The notes beneath the pieces were generated by a model, which was given only the letters and a program-made list of their open reading frames with translations, did not search any database and had not been told where the DNA came from. The translations under genes were made by a program, and so were the position numbers. Positions 25,974 through 31,340 of a stretch of 32,000 nucleotides of DNA are shown one piece after another (within the stretch, counting starts at the first letter, position 1; each line of letters opens with the position of its first letter). The stretch comes from Candidatus Methylomirabilis limnetica. GTDB taxonomy: Bacteria > Methylomirabilota > Methylomirabilia > Methylomirabilales > Methylomirabilaceae. The stretch covers positions 29,714 to 61,713 of the forward strand of contig NZ_NVQC01000011.1 of the NCBI RefSeq assembly GCF_003044035.1. The letters run 5' to 3'.

Positions 25974-26378
25974 CTAAGAATGGTGCAAGTCGTCCAGGAA
26001 ACCAGCGAGCGTGAGTATGCGGATCTCTTCATGGCAGACGAGCGAAAGAAGATGGCGGTCACCGGAGACGATGATTTTGGCCTCAGCCAGCAGGGCACAT
26101 TCGAGAATCCGATTGTCCGGCTCATCCGTGAGAATATGAAGGTGAGGCTGGGTCTTCAGGACCGTAGCCGTCTTGCTGATGGACGTGAGGAGTTGCTCGA
26201 CCTTCTCATCCGTCCAGTCGAATTTAGTTCGGAGGATGTTGGCGGTTTCGGTGAGAATGAAGAAAGAAGTGAAGAGGACGAATCTTCCCCGCACGGCATG
26301 CAGATAGGCCTCTTCCGCATTGCCGCCAGGAATGGCAAAGGCCGAGATGAAGATATTCGTATCGAAGACGACCCGCAC
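25974..26378 (-). CDS. PIN-domain toxin (TIGR00305-like putative TA toxin)
   Basis: 134 aa. VVFDTNIFISA..., ...TDEPDNRILECA, IVSGDRHLL. The GTG start lies 2 nt after the upstream RHH stop. Confidence 0.85.
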   Translation of the reverse strand: MRVVFDTNIFISAFAIPGGNAEEAYLHAVRGRFVLFTSFFILTETANILRTKFDWTDEKVEQLLTSISKTATVLKTQPHLHILTDEPDNRILECALLAEAKIIVSGDRHLLSLVCHEEIRILTLAGFLDDLHHS

Positions 26379-26380
26379 GT

Positions 26381-26626
26381 TCAGCGACCCTGAAGGACCA
26401 GGGCTTCGACGTCAGCTTCGGTCAGGATACCTTTCTTTCTGGCCTGCCGGACGCCGTACCGCTGAAGCTCAAAGAACTCCAACTCCATGCGACGCTGCTC
26501 ATAGGCCTGGAACATATCGCGGAAAAGCTGACTCTTGTTCTTGGCCTCGGCTTTGGCTAATCCGCCGAACCGCCGCGCGAGGTCATGAGGAAGCGACACT
26601 GTTAAGGCTACCCGCTTGTGCTCCAC
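26381..26626 (-). CDS. ribbon-helix-helix (CopG-like) antitoxin
   Basis: 81 aa from GTG 26626 (AAGGAGG 8 nt upstream). RVALTVSLPHDLARRF beta-strand/helix start. The longer track ORF would begin inside the predicted -35. Confidence 0.75.
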   Translation of the reverse strand: MEHKRVALTVSLPHDLARRFGGLAKAEAKNKSQLFRDMFQAYEQRRMELEFFELQRYGVRQARKKGILTEADVEALVLQGR

Positions 26627-26654
26627 ATTACTACCCTCCTTTCTGTATGACAAA

Positions 26655-26683
26655 ATTATACCTGGCATCGCACTGACCGTCAA
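26655..26683 (-). promoter_or_regulatory. sigma70-type promoter of the RHH-PIN operon
   Basis: On the minus strand: TTGACG-17 nt-TATAAT. The 10-mer TCATACAGAA occurs between the -10 and the RBS (26641-26650) and again at 26754-26763, a possible operator pair. Confidence 0.6.
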
Positions 26684-26770
26684 TGCTGAGCATCGTGAGA
26701 GGGGAGTGAATCTTATAAGCTGTATTCATTCAGTGGACCGTGTCAACCCCATTTTCTGTATGAATCGGGA

Positions 26771-26910
26771 CACGACGACCGCCATCGACCCAACCGACGT
26801 AATCAACGCGATGATGCAACGACGTAATGAACGCTATAAACGCCGCACGCAATGACGCCATCAACGCCATAAACGCCGCACGCAATAAACGCCATCGACG
26901 CAACAGACGC
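26771..26910 (+). repeat. ACGC-core tandem array R6 (11 exact cores plus degenerate units; longest array)
   Basis: ...aatcaACGCgatgatgcaacgacgtaatgaACGCtataaACGCcgcACGCaatgACGCcatcaACGCcataaACGCcgcACGCaataaACGCcatcgACGCaacagACGC. Confidence 0.9.
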
Positions 26911-26911
26911 G

Positions 26912-26920
26912 TGGTATAGT
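26912..26920 (+). promoter_or_regulatory. extended -10 (TGGTATAGT) abutting array R6
   Basis: A TGnTATAGT element starts 2 nt after the last repeat unit, 40 nt upstream of the HicB ATG, with an AAGGAGGAAGGAA RBS region. Compare TGGTAGAAT right after R1. Confidence 0.4.
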
Positions 26921-26959
26921 CCTCATGGAAGATGGATAGAGTACTCAAGGAGGAAGGAA

Positions 26960-27190
26960 ATGGAACGGGTTGTGAGAATCCATATTGAGAAGCTGCCAGA
27001 GGGTGTGTACCTCGCCACCTCCGGCGCCGTACCAGGTCTGGTCGCTCAAGGGCGAACTGTTGCAGAAACATTGGAAATCGCCAGGGATGTTGCTCGAAGG
27101 CTACTGGAAGCCCGGGCCGAACGCCAGGAGGTGAACTCGCTTCAGCCAGCCGAAGAGGTTGTGGAATTCCCATTGGTCGTCAATATCTGA
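26960..27190 (+). CDS. hicB: HicB-family antitoxin (short form)
   Basis: 76 aa. IHIEKLPEGVYLATSGAVPGLVAQGRTVAETLEIARDVARRLLE is typical of the HicB N-terminal domain. Confidence 0.75.
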   Translation: MERVVRIHIEKLPEGVYLATSGAVPGLVAQGRTVAETLEIARDVARRLLEARAERQEVNSLQPAEEVVEFPLVVNI

Positions 27191-27193
27191 GCC

Positions 27194-27366
27194 ATGGGAC
27201 GGTTGGCTGGGTTTCGATATCGTGAGGTCATCAAGCGACTGCAAAGACTTGGGTTTGCATTCGCTACACGACGGTTCCCAATCACCCAGGGGACATACCG
27301 GTAGGAACACTGCGCGCAATCCTGAAACAAGCTGGGATTGATCCGGAAGACTTTCTCAACTCATGA
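27194..27366 (+). pseudogene. hicA: HicA toxin relic (internal deletion plus frame change)
   Basis: The N-terminal frame gives MGRLAGFRYREVIKRLQRLGFAF... and stops at 27302-27304. The C-terminal frame gives ..TTVPNHPGDIPVGTLRAILKQAGIDPEDFLNS*. The total is 173 nt (not a multiple of 3), and the segment that normally carries the conserved G-S-H is missing. Confidence 0.65.
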
Positions 27367-27445
27367 AGTTTCTTGACACTCCAATCTCTCACCATAAGCT
27401 TATCGCGTCTTGATCTTCCATGTGAGGCCGATTCGCGTTTCCGTC

Positions 27446-27530
27446 CGACCCAATCAACGCAATAAACGCCGCACGCCATCGACGCAATCGACGCAATGAC
27501 GCAACAGACGCAATGAACGCAACAACCGCC
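27446..27530 (+). repeat. ACGC-core tandem array R7 (8 cores)
   Basis: gacccaatcaACGCaataaACGCcgcACGCcatcgACGCaatcgACGCaatgACGCaacagACGCaatgaACGCaacaaccgcc. The last units supply ATG 27513. Confidence 0.9.
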
Positions 27531-28426
27531 CGGAAAATCTGGGACCTGCTCACCTCCGCCGAACGACGCAGTGCGGTGGTGTTGCTGGGCCTGATGTGCG
27601 TCGGCATGGTGCAGACGCAACAGACGCCATGACGCTACTCGGTGCGGGTCTGATGATCCCGGCGACTGCACTGCTCACACAGCGTGATGTTGCACGCACC
27701 TATCCGGCGCTTCACCCGGCCCTGCACGCCCTCGGCAACCCCAGCGAGCAGACCCTTGTCATCGGTGGCATGTTGGCGCTGGTTGGAGTATATCTCATCA
27801 AGACACTGTTGCTGGCTGTACTCGCCTGGCGGCAGACGCGTTTTGCCTTTGGTGTGCAGGCGCAACTGTCGCAGCGCCTATTCACCGTCTATCTGCGCCA
27901 GCCGTATACGTTTCACTTGCCACGCAACTCGGCGCAATTGATTCGAAATATCATCGCCGAGGTGGGCATGTTCACGTTCAGCGGAATCCATCCGGGCATC
28001 ACGTTGCTTGCTGAATCACTGGTATTGCTCGGCCTGTGCAGCCTGCTCCTCGCCGTCGAGCCGCTGGGTGCGCTCATTGTGGTGAGTGTGTTGGGTGCGG
28101 CCGCCTGGGGGTTCCATCGTCTCACCAGCGGGCGCATCGCGCGCTGGGGCAAGGCGGTGCGCCAGCATCATGACGGCGTGCGCCTTCAGCACCTGCAACA
28201 TGGCCTGGGCGGCGCCAAGGATGTGACACTGCTCGGAAGGGAAATCGACTTTCTCGACCAATACTGCGTGTACAATGCCCAGTCTGCCCGCGCCTGGCAG
28301 TTGCACACCACTCTGCAACAATTCCCGCGCTTGTGGCTGGAACTGCTTGCCGTCAGTGGCCTCGCCATACCGGTGATCAGCATGCTGGCGCGGGACCTGG
28401 CGGCGCGGCTACTTCTGGAGATCTAG
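27513..28426 (+). pseudogene. ABC exporter (type-1 transmembrane domain) gene, frameshifted by a repeat patch and lacking the ATPase domain
   Basis: MNATTARKIWDLLTSAERRSAVVLLGLMCVGMV (frame of 27513) continues as LLGAGLMIPATALL... and about 260 further aa of ABC-TMD-like sequence in the frame of 27596. There is no Walker A or signature motif before the stop at 28426, which abuts array R8. Confidence 0.7.
27610..27635 (+). repeat. ACGC-core patch R7b (3 cores) inside the ABC-exporter reading frame
   Basis: gcagACGCaacagACGCcatgACGCt. Removing 26 nt (or any length equal to 2 mod 3) rejoins the two halves of the frame. Confidence 0.75.
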
Positions 28427-28452
28427 CAGCGGAGTCGCAACGTCACGTCACC

Positions 28453-28510
28453 TAGACGCAACAGACGCAATAGACGCAACGAACGCCATCAACGCCGCAC
28501 GCAACGAACA
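28453..28510 (+). repeat. ACGC-core tandem array R8 (6 cores)
   Basis: tagACGCaacagACGCaatagACGCaacgaACGCcatcaACGCcgcACGCaacgaaca. Confidence 0.88.
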
Positions 28511-28527
28511 CTGGAGCGAATGAACTC

Positions 28528-28689
28528 ATGAAGGTGAGGTTGCACCCCCATGCGGTAGAGCGACTGCGAGAGAGGGTAACGACGGAGGAAGAAGTCAAGA
28601 GGGCCGTGGAACACGGTGAACGCTTTGCGGCAAAGCATGGACGAACGGGATTCCGACGAAACTTCCGAGGTTATACTGAAGTCCGTTGA
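28528..28689 (+). pseudogene. DUF4258-family (toxin-like) gene, N-terminal part, interrupted by an IS element
   Basis: MKVRLHPHAVERLRERVTTEEEVKRAVEHGERFAAKHGRTGFRRNF... matches the family pattern (..HA..R..eRgit.eev...fRrnF). The remainder is found at 30056-30199. Confidence 0.65.
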
Positions 28690-28697
28690 AATTTGAA

Positions 28698-30055
28698 GAG
28701 TGGCTCCCTCCGTGGAATACTCCACGGTAGCAATAACGAAAGGAGCCACAGATGAGAAGAGACACGAGGCAACGGAAGCACGCCATGGTTGGATTGAGGG
28801 CGATATCGGGGGAACAGCAGTTGTTGGGGGTCCTGACCCGTGTGATTCACTCGGGCAAGCAGGCGCTCGACGCGGTCATGCTGGAGATGGGACGCCTGGT
28901 CGCCGAGAGCGTCATGCTGATCGAGCGAGAGGAGCTCGCAGGACCCGGGCTCCTATCCGACGGACCCGAATCTCCAGAAGTGGGCGCACGAGGAGCGGTC
29001 GATCTTTATCGGCGACCAGAAGGTCAGGGTGCACCGCCCGCGACTCCGACATGTGGTTCGTGGGGAAGTGCCCATGCAGTCGTACGCACACCTGCACTCC
29101 CCAGGGCAGTTCTCCGAGGAGTTGTTGGAGAAAATCCTGCGAGGGGTCTCGGCGCGGAAATACGAGGAGACCGTCCTCGACGCGGCGCACGCATTCGGCG
29201 TGTCGCCGTCGTCAATCTCCCAGAAGATGGTGACGCTGACGGCCCAGAAACTGAAGGCGTTCCAAGAGCGGTCCCTGGCGGAGTTCACGCCGTTCGCGAT
29301 CTTCTTGGACACGATCCACCGGGGCGGCGAGGCATTTCTTGTCGCGCTGGGCGTGGACGTGAGCGGCCAGAAGATGGCCCTGGGATTTTGGCAGGGCTCC
29401 TTTCGAGAATCACGAGATCGGCGTCGCGCTGTTCAACGATCTGGAGCGCCGCGGTCTCTCGCTCTCCAAACGGATCCTGTTCGTGACCGACGGTGGCAGC
29501 GGCCTGCTCAAGGCGCTGCGGGAACGGTTCGGCAAGAAGCTGGTGCATCAACGCTGTGCGATTCATAAGAGCCGGAACCTCCAGCGACACTTGGCCAAGC
29601 GGTACCGCAAAGAGGCCCATCAGCGGCTCAAGACCGCGCTGGAGCAGACGCGCCACGCCGATGCCAGGCAGATGCTGCTGGAGCTGGAGGCGTGGCTGCG
29701 AGCCAAGAACGAGTCGGCGGCGGATTCGCTCCTGGAAGCCTTCGAGGAGTTGTTGACGCTGCATCGACTGAAGGTGCCGGCGCTGCTGCGCAAGACGCTG
29801 ATGTCAACCAACCCGATCGAGAGCATGTTCTCGCTGGTCCGGCACAGCGAGCGGAACATCAAACGCACACGAGGAAGCACGATGCTCCAGCGTTGGCTGG
29901 GGACGGTGTTGCTGTACTGCGAGAAGCAGCTCAAGCGCGTGAAAGGCTTTGCGGGTATTGCTCAGGTCGTCGCGACCATCGAGTACGAGCAAGCGGAGCA
30001 GCAGTCCGCTCTGACGAAGACGGCGGCGTGAGAAAACCATGGGAGCCGCTCAGAT
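28698..30055 (+). mobile_element. IS256-family insertion sequence (about 1.36 kb), transposase frameshifted
   Basis: Terminal inverted repeat GAGTGGCTCCC (28698-28708) versus GGGAGCCGCTC (30041-30051), 10/11 complementary. Flanked by AATTTGAA (28690-28697) and AATTTCAA (30056-30063) as a likely 8-bp target duplication. The exact ends are uncertain by a few nt. Confidence 0.7.
28752..30031 (+). pseudogene. IS256-family (Mutator-like) transposase with two frameshifts
   Basis: Three consecutive frames carry the family sequence: ...VMLIEREELAG | PGSYPTDPNLQKWAHEERSIFIGDQKVRVHRPRLR...ISQKMV...FLDTIHRGGEAFLVALGVDVSGQKMALGFWQGS | ENHEIGVALFNDLERRGL..ILFVTDGGSGL..QRCAIHKSRN...STNPIESMF. The shifts lie at the G-run 28947-28949 and the T-run 29401-29403. 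Confidence 0.8.
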
Positions 30056-30199
30056 AATTTCAACGAACTTATTGACAACCTCAAACTTCCGTATGGCGGC
30101 ATGTTGAATGATAAGATGTACTCAACAAAGCAAGTGGAAGCGTACGCCGTGGAGGAAGACGGATGGCTCGTCCTGACGGTCATCGTCAAGTTCTTCTAA
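30056..30199 (+). pseudogene. DUF4258-family gene, C-terminal part
   Basis: NFNELIDNLKLPYGGMLNDKMYSTKQVEAYAVEEDGWLVLTVIVKFF* matches the family C-terminus (..Y.tKQV....veE.....VvTVy..yf). Confidence 0.6.
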
Positions 30200-30212
30200 G
30201 ATCGGAGGAGAC

Positions 30213-30443
30213 ATGAAACTCAACTATGATCCGAAGCACAACATCGCGTACCTGAGAATTCACGAGAAGATCGAACAAGTCACGACGATCAAGCTCAGTG
30301 ATGAAATGAACATCGATATCGCTCCAGATGGAACAGTCTATGGCATTGAGTTCCTGAATGCCAATGAGCAACTGACCGAGGACCGGGGTGCTCTCGTCGT
30401 CGAGTTGGAGAGCAAGAGACACGAGATCAAGCTGGTGGCATGA
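30213..30443 (+). CDS. DUF2283 domain protein (usual partner of DUF4258)
   Basis: 76 aa. MKLNYDPKHNIAYLRI...IDIAPDGTVYGIEFLNA. GGAGGAG RBS. Confidence 0.8.
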   Translation: MKLNYDPKHNIAYLRIHEKIEQVTTIKLSDEMNIDIAPDGTVYGIEFLNANEQLTEDRGALVVELESKRHEIKLVA

Positions 30444-30859
30444 AGTTCGTCGAGACCCGCCGTAAAGGCACCTGCGTCATCGAGCTGGAATCCGTCGAAG
30501 ACGAACGCAGTCTACTGAGCGAAGAGCTTTTTGCGGAGGTTCAAAGAAATGTCGAAGCACTGGGGCAAGGGCATGGGCTTGACGTGGCCGTCACCGATCC
30601 CATCGTCCGCTCAACCGCCATTCAACTCCCCTTATCCCGCCATCGCGAACAAAACGGCCCTGATCATCTCAGGCCTGGCCCCTCCGCACGCCATAAACGC
30701 TGCACGCCGCACGCAATCGACGCCATCAACGCTATGGACGCAACAGACGCCATGAACGCAATAGTCTCGCTCGTCTCGCGAGTCCCGCAGCCCCCATCAA
30801 CGCCATCGACGCCGCACGCAATCAACGCGATGACGCAATCGACGCAACAGACGCAATGA
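30440..30859 (+). CDS. hypothetical ORF; only the first ~80 codons are non-repeat sequence, the rest reads through arrays R9/R10
   Basis: ATGA overlap with the DUF2283 stop. No family recognised. The C-terminal portion (..HAIDAINAMDATDAMNAI..) is simply the translated repeat, so the true product, if any, is unclear. Confidence 0.25.
   Translation: MKFVETRRKGTCVIELESVEDERSLLSEELFAEVQRNVEALGQGHGLDVAVTDPIVRSTAIQLPLSRHREQNGPDHLRPGPSARHKRCTPHAIDAINAMDATDAMNAIVSLVSRVPQPPSTPSTPHAINAMTQSTQQTQ
30685..30764 (+). repeat. ACGC-core tandem array R9 (9 cores)
   Basis: cgcACGCcataaACGCtgcACGCcgcACGCaatcgACGCcatcaACGCtatggACGCaacagACGCcatgaACGCaatag. Confidence 0.9.
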
Positions 30860-30907
30860 CGCCATGGACGCAATCGGCCGAACAGACCAAATAGATCAAA
30901 CAGACCC
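30795..30907 (+). repeat. ACGC-core tandem array R10 (10 cores plus degenerate tail)
   Basis: catcaACGCcatcgACGCcgcACGCaatcaACGCgatgACGCaatcgACGCaacagACGCaatgACGCcatggACGCaatcggccgaacagACCAaatagATCAaacagACCC. Confidence 0.9.
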
Positions 30908-31003
30908 TAAGGTCCACTGGACATACCTTCTGCTTTGGCCTAAAGTGGACACAGAGCGAGCGCAAACAGCCCAAGCCCGAACTTGCGACCGAGAGGTAGA
31001 GCC

Positions 31004-31243
31004 ATGAAGACCCTGACAATCCGGACGACCATCGGCGCCAACCACCAGTTGACCATCCCTCTGCCGGAGGATTTCCCATCCGGTCCGACCGAAGTGGTCG
31101 TAATTTTGAACCCATTGGCAGAGCACCTCGATCTCAAAGCCCGTGGATGGACTGAAAGCGACGCCGCCGAGACGCGAGCGCGCCTGAAATCATTTGAGGC
31201 GGACTGGGAGGCCCTTGGGATGGAAGCATACGATGCCCTGTAA
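31004..31243 (+). CDS. putative antitoxin (partner of MazF/PemK-like toxin)
   Basis: 79 aa from ATG 31004 (GAGAGG 7 nt upstream). MKTLTIRTTIGANHQLTIPLPEDFP..TEVVVIL plus a C-terminal ...AAETRARLKSFEADWEALGMEAYDAL tail of the kind I recall for partners of MazF-like toxins. 11-nt overlap with the toxin stub. Confidence 0.55.
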   Translation: MKTLTIRTTIGANHQLTIPLPEDFPSGPTEVVVILNPLAEHLDLKARGWTESDAAETRARLKSFEADWEALGMEAYDAL

Positions 31244-31340
31244 TCGGGGGGACGTCGTGCTCGTGCTGTACCCACATGCCGACCTCCGGACCGCGAAGAA
31301 GCGCCCTGCGCTGGTCGTGCAATTGATTTCGCTAGAGTAA
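31233..31340 (+). pseudogene. MazF/PemK-like toxin, N-terminal 30-aa stub truncated by IS21-family insertion
   Basis: MPCNRGDVVLVLYPHADLRTAKKRPALVVQ follows the family pattern (RGDVvLv.fP......K.RPALVVq). After about 31322 the sequence changes to IS-end DNA and stops at 31338-31340. Confidence 0.65.

Noticed and set aside
28687-28689. In-frame TGA in the DUF4258 gene as selenocysteine or programmed read-through
   Set aside because: No SECIS-like hairpin is evident, the gene is already disrupted by an IS element, and the family has no known selenoproteins. A nonsense mutation or slightly mis-set IS boundary is the simpler explanation.
30440-30873. ORFs translating the arrays as repeat proteins. 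Examples: the ..HAIDAINAMDATDAMNAI.. tail of 30440..30859; 30664..30873 (-); 26616..26855; 27282..27671 (-); 27389..27607 (-); 25715..25900
   Set aside because: The amino-acid periodicity only reflects stretches where the unit happens to be 9 nt. Mixed 7/8/9-nt periods break the frame repeatedly. There are no RBSs, and ORFs appear on both strands over the same DNA.
20921-30907. CRISPR array or integron attC sites as an explanation for the repeat blocks
   Set aside because: The units are 7-9 nt and directly abutting with no unique spacers, so this is not CRISPR. The blocks lack the R''/L''-L'/R' imperfect-palindrome structure and the GTTRRRY ends of attC. No cas or intI gene is present in the window.
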